From: Botryllus schlosseri
Lineage: Eukaryota
Length of the DNA stretch: 64,000 bases
Assembly (NCBI GenBank): GCA_051294905.1
Contig: CM119371.1
Span: 3,536,001-3,600,000, forward strand
Direction: 5' to 3'
How positions within the stretch are numbered: the stretch's first letter is position 1; each line of letters opens with the position of its first letter. A program made the position numbers and the translations under genes. The notes under the pieces were generated by a model. That model made no database searches. It saw only the letters and a program-made list of their open reading frames with translations, and had not been told where the DNA came from. Of the stretch, positions 28,321 through 41,036 are shown one piece after another.

Positions 28321-28693
28321 TAGTGCGGAGCATGGACCGGAGCCGGGTTGGATATCCGGCCGGATTTTTTCAAATTTTGGTTGGACCGGATCGGAGCCGG
28401 ATCAGTACTTCTTTGATAAGGCCAGAATCTCTATTGATAAGCATGACGTTTGTAACTAAATAACTACCAACCAACAACACGCAAGTAACCGCCAAGCCAG
28501 TGCGAAAAGAAACGAGCTATTTTTTAAATTCATGGAACCACCGTACCGTGTTAGGTCGGATTTCCAGCAGGACTTCTTAATTTTTGGTCGGAGCCGGATC
28601 AATACTTTTTCCTGATACGGCCGGAGCCGGACCAGAGAATAGACAAACCGGATCGAAGCCGGACCAGAGAATTTGTCGATCCGCTCCTCACTA
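28321..28693. mobile_element. hAT-type MITE with CCGGA repeats
   Basis: Termini TAGTGCGGAGC / GCTCCTCACTA. Perfect TSD ATATACAT at 28313-28320 and 28694-28701. Confidence 0.85.
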
Positions 28694-29029
28694 ATATACA
28701 TGCGTTTCCTCGCCATTCAGCTCGCCGATACAATTTGTCGTTTCTTCCGGGGTCTTGGATTGGACGTAAGCACATCTCTTGGAGTGGCTGATGGGCTATG
28801 GCAGAATTGCTGACGAACTAAACAATATATATTGAAAATGTGACAGCGACGTATTCAAATACACAAATACATGCAGAAAAACACGAGTTATACAGCGTAT
28901 AAGGAGTCTAAAATTATTTTTTTTCAAATTCAACTGACTACATGATAAAGTTGTTAGTTTGGCTATAAAAACTCACTACACCAAACTTGGTTTAATACCA
29001 ATCAGTAGCCACGTTGCTACAAGAGCTAC

Positions 29030-29599
29030 CAGGGTTGTAACCAAGTCACAAGGCTCCGAGTCACAGGTCAATCTCACTTTTATAGTTTTGACTCGAGTCA
29101 AGTCGAGTCATTGCAATTCACCACCGAGTCAAGTCCGAGTCCAAGTCAGCGAGCAGAGTGCCGAGTCCGAGTCATGGAATAATGACTTGAGTCCTAGTCC
29201 AAGTCATTGTGTTGACTGTTCAGTTTCCAGTTGAAGTCTTGGTAAACCCACTTTATATAACTCTATTTGGTAATATCGAATGGTTCGCGTTTATAATATG
29301 CCAATTTTCGTCACTTTCAGCAGTTTATGGTCGCATTTTCAAGTACCAGCACCAACAGACGAAATCCCAATAGTGTGTTGGCTTCAGAATTACAATGAAA
29401 TATCGGTCTTGGCCGTCTGAGTCTCGAGTCAATGACTTGGTTCGTGTCATGCGCAATGACTCGAGTCCAAGTCGAGTCAGTACACAAAATGACTCGAGTC
29501 GAGTCATTTCCGTATTTTGAATAAATGACTCGAGTCATCAGAAAATCGTGAGTCGAGTCGGACTCGAGTCGAGTCATGACTCGAGTCATTACAACTCTG
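29030..29599. mobile_element. hAT-type MITE, CAGGGTT/GACTCGAGTC family
   Basis: Clear homology to 19228-19761. Termini CAGGGTTGTAA / TTACAACTCTG. TSD not preserved. Confidence 0.7.
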
Positions 29600-32500
29600 C
29601 TGATCACCCCATGAAATTTATAGTTTTTCGACAGAAACGCCGCCAAACAAATTTGGTCAATTCCAAGCAATGGAAGCGGAGTTATTGCAGTCGAAAAATT
29701 AGGATATGAAAAAATTAATAACCTGCCCACCGTGAATACGACACCAATTATTCATATCCAAATTTCCGACTGCAATAACTCCGCTCCCACTGGTTTGAAT
29801 TGAGCTAAATGTAGGATTGATGTTGAAACTTATCAAAGCTTCAAAAGCGTGTTCGACTTTTCATGCTTGAAATTGATGAATGCGTATCAGAGCTATCTTC
29901 TAACTTCTGATATTTACGCAGAGATTTTTCAGATCTCGTATCACTCAAAATTCAGTGATAACTACACCGCGTCGATCTATGTATTGGAACAGGATAAGTT
30001 GCTGAAATAGGATGGCATCATTTTATCAAAGAACTCATAGAGTAAACATGTTAGCCGATACCAAAGAAGAGCAACACATTCGACTCCGCTGTTTTGGACA
30101 GTGTTGTTCTGCTCCCTTTTGGCCAAAGTAAGTCGAGACACTGCTTTGTTCAAGTTAACCGGAAATTTAATTGCTCCTTCATGGCTGTGCATTACTGTAT
30201 TAGGACTGTTCAAGAATAAGCTTTTTTTCTGGATTCCAGCCATTCGGTGAATAAATAGTCAGGTTACCGTAAAAAACGCTGCACACCAAATTTGGTTCAA
30301 TTCTGACAAGTATAAGGCTCCGCAGATCCAATTAAAATTTTCAATTTGCTAGGGAAGATATAAAAAAAAACAATCAAGGATAATAATCAGAGAATTATCA
30401 ACGAAAAACTCGAATAACTCTCCTTCTACTAGTTGAAATTGACTGAAATTTGTTTTACATCGTTTTTGAAGACAGCTCAACAATATCATGAGGTTGACAG
30501 TAACAATTTGAATTTTTTTTCAATTTGACCTAATAAGTTAAATATTTGAATCTAATTTTGAAAAATTGTGTAGCTTTAACTGTGATTCTGATCTACTTTG
30601 AAAAAACAGTCTAATTATAATTCTAAATGTAGTACAATTTGTACAAAAAAACTGTAGCTTTTAGCTATCATTCTGATTCCAATCTAATTTGAATTTGAAA
30701 ATGATCTAGTTGTCCCAATCTGGCTGAGAAAACCCAGTTATCGTGTGAACCCCGGTTAGAAACCCCTGCTGCAAGTTAGCTTAATGAGAACGTATGCTAA
30801 TAGTTGTGGTTATGACATACCTTCAGCTTTTGACACTTCTAGTAAGATTGTCAGCACATAATCGAGTTGTACGTCTGCATTTTTCAGTTTGGCCCGATTT
30901 GCATTTTCAATCTTCACGTGTTTCTTCCATTCTGTCGCGTTGAGGCCTTCAGGGGCTTGCGTTTCTGCACAGAAAAGTCACAGGTGGTCATGTAGTCTGC
31001 ATCGCACTTTTCTACAAGTGTTAATCGGAGGTGGCTACCTAGCTTCACGATGGGTTGCTATGACTCGATTTACCGGTGACTCAACTTGACTCGAGTAATT
31101 TTTTCAAATAACTCTACTCGAATAAATTGATGTGTTGAATCAACTTGCCTCGAGCAATTTCTTCAATAGACTTGACTTTAGGATTACCATATTCTGGAAT
31201 CGGGAAAGGGGGACACTTTTTCAAAATATTTAAACTTTGAGAAGTCAAAATTATGTCAAAATTGCAGTGTTAGGCCAAAAACTGTCTAAATTGTTTACAA
31301 AGTAATAACTTTTTTGCAACCCGCGTTTCGTTCATTTTGTATATTTTGCAGTGTCTGTGAACTTGTCATTTGACATTTCACCGCTTGTAGCCTACTTTAT
31401 TGGCCTGCAGTTGTAGACGGTCTGCTTATTGTGAATCGTAAACATTCAAATGAAACAAATAGGTCAACATGGTGCTCAACGTACCGCAATATCCCAACTG
31501 AAGCTACACTGCGTGGACATTGCAAGGTTCTTATATCAAGAAGTGTTGTGCTATTAAACATTTTAATTATTTCTACCATAATCCGTGGTGTAACTTCTGC
31601 CATTCTTCATAGGGCCAGATTTTGTTAAAATAAAGTTGGAAAAATTTTCAGTTATCGATGCAAAAAAGTTTTTTTCAGGCCATACTACTTTGTAAGGAAA
31701 GACAGTTCCAACCGGAAATGAAGACAATTCTAACGTTATGTGGGAAAACACCTCATTTGTATACATTATTTTTTTAAATCGGTCAAAAATGTCAAAATAT
31801 TGATTTTTTTAGGTCAAAATCGTTCATTTTTAGGTTAAAAATAAGCCTAGTCAAAACCATACACGTCATCAAATTCTCCGTTGGGATTGCCAGCATTCTG
31901 ATTGCATTTGCATTTTCCTCACCATTCAGTGAGTCGATACAATTTGAAACTTTGTCGAAGGTGAGGTCTTGAATCGGACGAGAGCACATCGCTTGGACAT
32001 GCCAATGGCGATCTGAATAAAAAGATGTCATAAATGTGACAGCAACGTATTGAATTTGAAACATATGAATACAAGCAGGAAAATAATTTTCATGCATCTG
32101 AGATCTTATGATCATACATACAACACACTTGATATCAAAAAGAAACCATCAAGTTTCTCATTAAATTCAAATTTCTGATATTTATTTATTTATTTGATAT
32201 TTTCGGTATTTGGCATCGCCATGACCCAACATATCCATCACTGTTTCGATTCAATAGTGAAAATCGCCTAATAGTTTTATGGTCTTGTTCTACGTTCACT
32301 TTAGTTACAGCAACTAGTAGAGCTCGGCCGATATCGACCTAGCCGTAATCGAGGCCAATGTTTAGAACATCGCTCCGAGTTCTCAGTCTCAGGAAATCGA
32401 CGACACAAAGGGGGCTGCGTGACAGATTGCCCTTGCAGGACAAGCTGAACTGGGTGAGCATGCAGTGAAACTATGCTTCCTGCATCACAGCCAACCTCTA

Positions 32501-32653
32501 CTGGACTGATCTGTGATTCTGCATCATCTTTTGCTCTTTGAGATATCCCACATTTCAATGAATGTGCACAATTAAGCAATAATTGTTTTCTAGTTTATTG
32601 ATCAGCTTTCTGTGGCACTTTCTGTCACACACTACCCTAATCGAACAGAACAG

Positions 32654-33276
32654 TAGGGCTATTCGAAAAAATCTTTTTTTTCTGAATCTTGTTGGCTGCA
32701 TCATCAAATCATTAGTTTGGCTTAAAAAACGATGCACACAAAATTGGAATTCATTCAAACCGGTAAGCGCGGACTTTGTACAGTTTGAAAATTTTGAATA
32801 TACCCAAAAATGCTAAAAAAAATTCGAATTTTTGGTCAACCCCAAGAAATTGTTGCGCTGTCTTCAAAAACTATCCAAAACAAATTTGACTCAATTCCAA
32901 CCAGTAAAAGCGGGGACATTTGAGTTTTTCTTTGATAATTCTGGGATTATCCTTGATCGGTGGATAATCCGAGAATTATCAACGAAAAACTCGAATAACT
33001 CTGCTTCTACTAGTTGGAATCGAGTCAAATTTGTTTCTGATCGTTTTTGAAGACAGCGCAACAATTTCCTGAGGATGACAGAAGAATTTGAAAATTATTT
33101 TTTATGGCATTTTTAGGTAAATTCTAAATTTTCACACTGTACGAATTACGCCCTTACCGGTTGGAATGAATTCCAATTTCGTGTGCATCGATTTTTTAAG
33201 GCAACCTAATGATTTAATCACGTAGCGTCGTAGCTAACAAGGTTCAGCAAAAAAAAAGTTTTTTTGAACAGCCCTA
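32654..33276. mobile_element. Palindromic foldback MITE related to 322-984
   Basis: TAGGGCT / AGCCCTA termini. Whole-length inverted repeat sharing CAATTCCAACCAGT motifs. TSD-like CAGAACAG / CTGCACAG (6/8). Fragments of the family at ~21150-21600, ~29605-29810 and ~30280-30500. Confidence 0.8.
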
Positions 33277-36200
33277 CTGCACAGCCTGTCGTAGTGGTCT
33301 GGCGGAAGAGATGGACATGGCCTATTTTGCACCATTCACCCATGATTCAGCAACTACATGATACTGCACTATAGTTGTTCCAGACGCTAATGAATAGCTT
33401 TGCACAGCATAGAGGCAACTAGAGTGGAACATGGCGTTACTAAAAAATCATGACTTTGCAGTTCCAATACAGCAGTTTTCTGAAGAAAATAGCTACAACC
33501 AAAAAAAATTCATGATATTATCTTTAATTTGATATCACTTCATTTTTGGAGCGAAGTGACCCTTGAAAACAATAATTTTTGAATATTTTTTATTGACAAC
33601 ATTTTTGAACAACTGATGCTTCAGCAATACCTAAACATGTTTTGCATATTGGAAAACAATATGCATGCAAATGCTGGTTTTATTGTTTCAATTGGGGTCA
33701 CCTCTAAAGAGGTTGCCGACCGCAGACTTGGACAACTCGATAATTCTAGTCGTCTAATTTCATTAAATTAGATCGAAATGCCAGTCATCTAATTCTAATC
33801 TAAATTGAAAAAGTCAAAAATTTTCTAGTTTTTCAAGTCTGACCGACCGGTGGTCTAGAGTAGGTCAGCCCCACGATACTGACGATGTTTTTGCTGAATA
33901 ATAGACCGCACATACCTGGTCATAAGAGACCGTCCCTGCCGGTATACAAATCCATCTTGCCATCTTTCACATTCCTTCATTTCCTTGTCTGCTCAAAGCT
34001 TGATCAACTCAAATCTCATTCCCTTCCAGGTTGTTGCCCTACAGCGGTAGTCATGAAGTCACACATATGTTGACAGACAGACTTGTACAAACTATCGTCC
34101 AGTTAGTGGGTGATCAACTAACCACTGATTATTTAGTGGTTCTGGTTCTAGTTGCGGATTTCGGAAAGTGGAGAGTTTCAGTTGCGCATTTCAGAAAATA
34201 ATTTGTGGTACAATGATTTGCGCACCGGTACTCAAATCTGAATCAAGTACCGTAACTGTAATGATTCGAGTCGATCAGTGAATGAAACTTTTTTGGACAA
34301 ATGTAACTTTACACCCATTTCCATCGAAAAGTTATAATTGCATCAACTTTCTGAAACCTCAATTAGTTGTATCCCAACATACGAAACATATTGTACAAAG
34401 CTATGCACGTTAGCGTCGATGACATTTCTGTGTAGTTGTGATCGCAAAGCCAAATGAAGTATTTAAAAAAAATACCAAATCAGCATTATGTGGTGAAGAG
34501 CCGGCCTTATGTTACGTAGTTACATGAAAAGTAGGCTACATACTCAAGCTCTTGCGTCTCCCATATACTTATATCGTCATCATAAGTGATTATAATCACA
34601 TATATCATATATCAAATACTCGACGTGAAGCCTAATTCAGAATAGAATCACTCATGCACTATGTATTCAGTCATGTAAGTCTAGTAATTACGAGCAAACC
34701 TTTTTCCTGCATGATTTTGCCTCCAGCATCATCGTCCATCGGTAATTCCATTTCAAGTCAACAACACAGCAACCCACTAGGTCTCAGATTTTCATGTCAT
34801 TTGAAGAGTGAATCTTGTAGGCTATCTAGCACTGAGGGTAGAAAACATCATTTTTTCAATATTCATACACTGAAACCATTTTGTGCTCACTCAACGATGA
34901 AGTTTAATTACCGGTACCGTAGTTTCATATTCCCTGTACAGTACGGTCATAAAACAGTGTACCGGTATTAAAGTAGTTAAGAGCGGATGATGGCTTTTAA
35001 TAACAGATTACAAGAAACTCTTGATATTGAAGGGAAAATTTTCAACAAACAAATGGAGTCAGGGGTAAATATCAGTCTTAATAGCCTACCCCTTTCAATA
35101 TCCATCATGCGTGACACAAACTTGGAACATTTTAAGCGCTATTCTGTCTACATAAAAATTGGAAGCAACTTGTTATATGAAAGCTGGTCTGGGAGAGAAA
35201 TGTGACTTACATGTTTTGCCTAATAATATGTAATTGGTAGGCTAATAGACCTAGTCTAAATCAACTTCATACATAGATACTTCCGACTCCAATCTGTAAT
35301 TCAATTTCAGATCAAACAAAAATTAGATTGGGTATCAATAAAGTTTCAGATTTTGCAAATATTTGGATCAAGACATTATGAAGTATGAGTTGATATGATT
35401 GAAAAGCAATTTATTTTAACGGAATACCGGTAGGCCAACATGAGCGTTATCAGGTTATCCCATTAAAAAAAGCTTTTTCTGCTTATTTAACCTTGAAATG
35501 AAAGTTTTTCAAGCTGATTTGAAATTGTCTGTAAATGAGATACTTTGGCAATAAATAGTTGTTCTTGTTGTTATGTTACATAAGTTGCTTGGTTTTATCA
35601 TGCAAGAGTTGAGGTAATAATTTCAGGTACACAGCCCCTAATGTCTCCCTCTCATTTCTGTCTATATCGTAGGCCTACTTCAAAAGTTTTGTGAAGGTTG
35701 TCACATGAATTCTGTTGCAACATGGAGCATGTACTTAAGTAATGAGTTAGATGTCAAAATTCTGTAACTAGAATACGGAGCATAATTTTCAGCTAAATCA
35801 CCACATTTTTATAATCTGAAATATTCCCTGTAGTCCAAGCTCGTAAGTAAATATTACATAAAAACTCCTTTCCTAAAGATTCTATGCGGCAGGTAGCCTA
35901 TAATACGACACTATTTACTAAAATATTCAGGCAAACAGAAATGATAGGGAGAGTTATGAAATATTTTTACACGCAGCGATTTCAATGGGCTTCACCTTCA
36001 GCTACATTCTTGGCTGGGCACCAAAGATGAATATTTTCTCACTGGCTTGCTGAATTCATCAATTTATACAACATGACAACATTCTCAGGTATAAGTAGCT
36101 CATTTATAGAGACACAAGTTCAGATCTGCATAAAAACAGCACTTGGATTCCACGGTTAAATGAGCAGAAAGCTTGTTTTCATCGCGCGATAACTTGAAAA

Positions 36201-38841
36201 CTTCATTCAAAATGGATACCGGTAGCTCAGCTATAGCATTTTACAAGGTGATGAGTCAAATTTCAGCAAAATCTGCAACTTGATGAAGACTGAATTTCTC
36301 TTTGGTTCATTTCACATAGAATTACCTATATACAGCAGTTACAAACAATCCAGTAAGCTGGCTTGATCATGGCTTAAGGTTGAACTTAATCAGACTTGCA
36401 GCATCATTTTACATTCAGTAATTGCATTCTCAAGTGAGGCAGGAACGAACGATCGATACTCCATGGAAACTCGCAAATCATGTTTGATAGAAGCTGTAAG
36501 CCAATATGTTATCGGTGTCTCGTACGGACTAAAGACTCTACTGAATAGACACAGGTGTGAAGCAAGACGCTGAGAACCGTCTTGGCACACCAAACATATT
36601 ACTCTAAACGTATCAGGATTCCATTTTCGGGCATAAACACTTCTTCCTTGGCGAGAGCGATTTTCAGAGTCCGGGGTTACCGGTATTGACTATCAAGCCA
36701 TGTTACCATTTCAAAAGATTTCACATCACACCAAACCTTTCGTAACAAACATATGCAGTCAGAGGTCATCACAATTTCGAGTTGGTAACCTCTATTCCTA
36801 TCGATATACCAAGACTGTACTATTGTATGTGAGCATAGTAGAAGCGCGAAACGGTATGCCAATAAAGCAATGGTTTACAATCAATAAACGCTTTACTGAG
36901 TAATATAAGTGAATCAGCCTCTACTCTGAAACATATTAGCTATATCTCAAACGTCCGATCGAATTAAAACTGATATTAGTAGGCCTACACTCAATCAGCT
37001 GATTTCACTCCATGTTTTGACTCAGAGCCATTCATGCACGTGAGACATTAGCTCCACCACGCGGAAGAACGAAAGGCGTTAAATCGATAACATCATGCAG
37101 TTCGATATTACATTTCCTTCATAACCTATTTGGTTTTGTCATCTCTCCTAATTTTATTCTCCTGTACATATCGTTATCATCGGATAGGTCGATAAAGCGC
37201 ACACTCGAATAGGGTACGTATTATAAGCATTTAAAAGAACTATACTGCCAGAAAGGTGAGGAGCCATCGATGCATGACGTCCTTGGAAGCCAAGGAGACC
37301 GCTTGCCTAGTAACCACTGTGTATATCGTTTTGCACTTGCCCTATGCCAGGGGCGGGCAACTTATTGTCCGGTCAGTGAGCCGCATATGGGAAAATTAGG
37401 CACTTGGCGGGCCAGATTACAGAATATGTACAATTATACATTATACCTTAATCGCGTATTTATCCACCGCTACAAGGAATCGATTGTGTTTAATGCCAGC
37501 TATCCGACAGTCGTCGAGCATGTCCGCATTCAAGTCGAAATACAAGCAATTTCTCCTAAGTCAATACTAGCCAGTCTTCGGGATTACCGGACCACGACCT
37601 AAAATCGACCTCGCCCTTCGCCACATGCCACCTCATTTTGTCGCTAGCGTCTTCCCAGCAAACACGAGATATATTTCTGACATGTTGAGATATCTTTTTC
37701 TTGTCCTAATTTTGTCCAAATTATATCTTGTGCTGAAACATATCATAAATATATCTCGCTGATATTTCCCAGGTTATATATTTCTGTATATATCAATAAG
37801 ATATAAATTGTATATATTATTTGTATCGCGCCGTACATGCATTATCTCAAAAATACATGAGGGCTGTGAAATTCGATTTGGCTAGTGATGTATAGATTTC
37901 AGCTTACCAAAGCATTTCAAGGGTTATAGATCAAATGAAAGTCATCACTTGACTCAGGATTATTTATCGTCGTGCGACATAACCGGAATATAAATCCCCG
38001 TTCGACGTTTCGGACTTTTAGTTGTTACTACTCATGTGGCGAACATTCGCAATTCTTGAAAGATATGTGAACAGCGTTTCTCGGACGCCATGTTTGAATG
38101 GATTACTGTTTTTCAACTGCATTGCGCAGTGCACTGCACACATTCCACGGGTTCAAGTATCCGACAGAATTGGTTGAGATCGAAAAAGTTTCAATGCAGC
38201 AGCAAAAAATATTGTTATTTTATTCATATCGGTAAAATTATTTCGGCTCGAAGCTTTTAGACGTAGCAGCGAACGTCAAAAGGTATGAAGAATTTTGTCT
38301 TTGTGCCGTAATAATGACAAGTACACATAGAGTCAGGATTGGTTGAAAACGAACGAAAAAGTTCGAGTCAGGGATCACGTGATTCGAGGTTCCGTCAGGA
38401 GGATTGATTGAGAAGACAAGCCATTTCCCTCCGCGAGGGAAATCGCTTAGGGCATTGGACCCGCACGCTCCGTAGGGCTTTAGACTTGAGTGCGTAGTGA
38501 ATTTACCGTGTGTTGTTAATATTGCTATATTGCCTGTCATTCAATGTACTGTTTGATCGTTTTCTTTGTGTTCGCAGATTCCTATCACTTCCGGTATAGC
38601 TTTTCTGAATCCGCAGTAATATGCAGTCTGACAAAAGATGAATATGCTGTACTGTTTGTGGAGGAGGAAGAATCGGTTGCTGTTTAACATAGGGACTGGA
38701 AATCCAATGTGGATGTGAGATCATTCATTCACTCCTTACTGATATGTTAGCTACCAGTAATTGATTGTGAATTGTGTAAAACTGTTTGCATACATTCAGG
38801 ATTCAGGAAGTACCGGTATTGCATTGCTTGTGGCTAAAAAT

Positions 38842-39640
38842 GGGACACTGTACAACCCGCAAAACTTGTAAAACCCGCAAAACTTGCAAAACTCGCAAAA
38901 GCAAGGCATATTCAGGTAATTGTATAGGTATCTTTTACAATATTGTCGCTGTAGGCCTCAAGATATCATCGATTAGTTATGGAATTTAACTGCCGGTAAA
39001 TATAAAGCAGGGTTTTATAGTTGGCTACGAGGGTTTTGCGGTTGTCCAGAAGGGTTTTGGTGGGACCTAACAGGGTGTTGCTGGTGATTAGCAGGGTTTT
39101 GCGATTGTCTAAGAGAGTTTTGCGGGTGAAAATAGGGTTTTGCGGTTGTTTAAGAGAGTTTTGCGGGTGAAAAATAGGGTTTTGCGGTTGTCCAAGAGAG
39201 TTTTAAGGTTGTATAGGAGAGTTTCGCGGTTGACTACCAGAGTTTTGCGGTCGTAAAGAAGAGTTCTGCAGTTAACTAGCAGGGTAGCAGTAGTCAACCT
39301 CCAAACTCTACTATACAACCGCAAAACTCTCCTACACAACCGCAAAACTCTGTAGTAGTCAGCCGCAAAACCCCATTTTGCACCTGCAGAACTCTCTTAG
39401 ACAACCGCAAAACCCTGTTAGGTAACCACAAAATCCTTCTGGACAACCGCAAAACCCTCGCAGCCAACTGCAATACCCTGCTAGTCACCCGCAAAACCCT
39501 GCCGTATACTTACCGGCAGTTTAATTCAATAACTAATCCATGATATCTTGAGGCCTACAGCGACAATATTGTATAAAAGATACCTACAATTACCTGAATA
39601 AGCCTTGCTTTTGCGAGTTTTGCGGGTTTTACAGTGTCCC
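38842..39640. mobile_element. Foldback MITE with 9-bp TSD (Mutator-type)
   Basis: TIR GGGACACTGTA / TACAGTGTCCC. Perfect TSD GCTAAAAAT at 38833-38841 and 39641-39649. The element is palindromic with ~21-bp internal units (GGGTTTTGCGGTTG...). Confidence 0.9.
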
Positions 39641-41036
39641 GCTAAAAATACCAATACTAAGACAAGAAGAGGAAGTCCCAATAACATATGATAGCAATTG
39701 GTCCTTGTACAAAATACATATGATATGCTCAGTCAGTAACGGAACTTAGAATTCGCAAATGTACATCGCAGAATTATCAGCACAATCTTCATCATCCATC
39801 TGTTTTAGATGAATGAAATGTGGTTATGCAGTATATGGTGCGAGCTGCGGAGAGTAGTGGCTTGCCTTTGGATGTTTAAAGATGGGGCAGAATGACCAAA
39901 ATGGAAACGTCAGCCAAACAAAAAAATTGTGGATACTTCTGTGTCAACGAATGGTAGCCTTTTACTGTGTCTGGTATGTTATACACGTAGAATATATAAA
40001 CAAGCATACTTTCATACTTTCTAGATGGGGCCAGTATTGCAAGGAGACGTATGCAGACACCAGACATGCCAAATTCAAGAATGCCATCATCAAGTTTTGA
40101 GACTGAAAATCATGATCAAAACATGCACAAAGTAGCAGCCAGCTGCAGGAACTACCCCAGGCAGTAAGTTCCTAGCAATATGATTTCTTCTCGAATTTGA
40201 GTACGGTAATTTAAAGTAATTCTGTATTTAAGATGCTCCTTCATTTGAAAGTATTGTTGACTTAGAAAACTCTGAACGTCAAGAATGTGCTGGCTTATTA
40301 CAGAGCATTGGTAAGCTTCTCACATATGGTCAAACTGGCTATCTTGTAATGGAATCTATTTTTAGCTGCTCTGTATTGTACATCCACACCTGCAAAGCTG
40401 TGCGATATCGAATCTTCTAGTTCGTCCGTAGACAATTGCGACGTTTCGTTACCCGAAGATATGAAGTTGGAGCTGAACTAGATGCATGCAGCTGAACCAG
40501 ATGATGGATCTCATGGAAGGTCATATGAACAATGACATCACGGCAGTTGCCCAGTATTACTGAAAGATGTTATTGAAGATCCGTGTCAAACCTTGTCTCA
40601 ACTGTAACGCCTAGAAGACGACTTGAACAGGGGCAATTACAAGACGTCTGAACTGGTATGTTTTTGTTCCTCATTTGAATGAAGCGCTTGTTCGCCCAAA
40701 TCATGCCATAAGTGCTAGCGTTATTAGTAGGGCAAGTTTTTGCAACTTATTTTTACAGCTTCCGGCAGCTTCCTAAATACTCGTAAGATATGTAGAATGC
40801 TGTTTCAAGCTGTTTGAAGGAATCTTATAGTGCAACGCTTTGCAACTTTTGTTCATGCAACATTTTGCAACTTTCTCGATTTTTCATGAAAGTATTTCCG
40901 ATTCTGGTGAAATACACGGCCAAATTCAACTGAAACACCGTAAATCAGCACCGAAGTAAGGCTTTTACGGGTATTTCGGGAACTGAGCCGGAAAATTAAC
41001 CTTTTTTTAGTCAACCAAGCAAAATGTGGTCAAAAT

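Larger units (their letters stand above)
20643..34038 (-). pseudogene. RBM28: Further scrambled RBM28-like exon copies
   Basis: Exons at 20643-20788 (DVHKGR..ENVLAEAFSVHGQIYDAK), 22169-22327 and 25668-25830 (RNP2-like), 27629-27742, 28714-28817 (HSKRCAYVQSKT), ~29822-30001 (GVVITEF*VIRDLK), 30821-30964 (TQAPEGLNATEWKKHVKIENANRAKLKN..TRLCADNL), 31923-32012 and 33916-34038. Each is homologous, with flanking intron sequence, to an exon in 3.6-18.4 kb. Confidence 0.7.
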
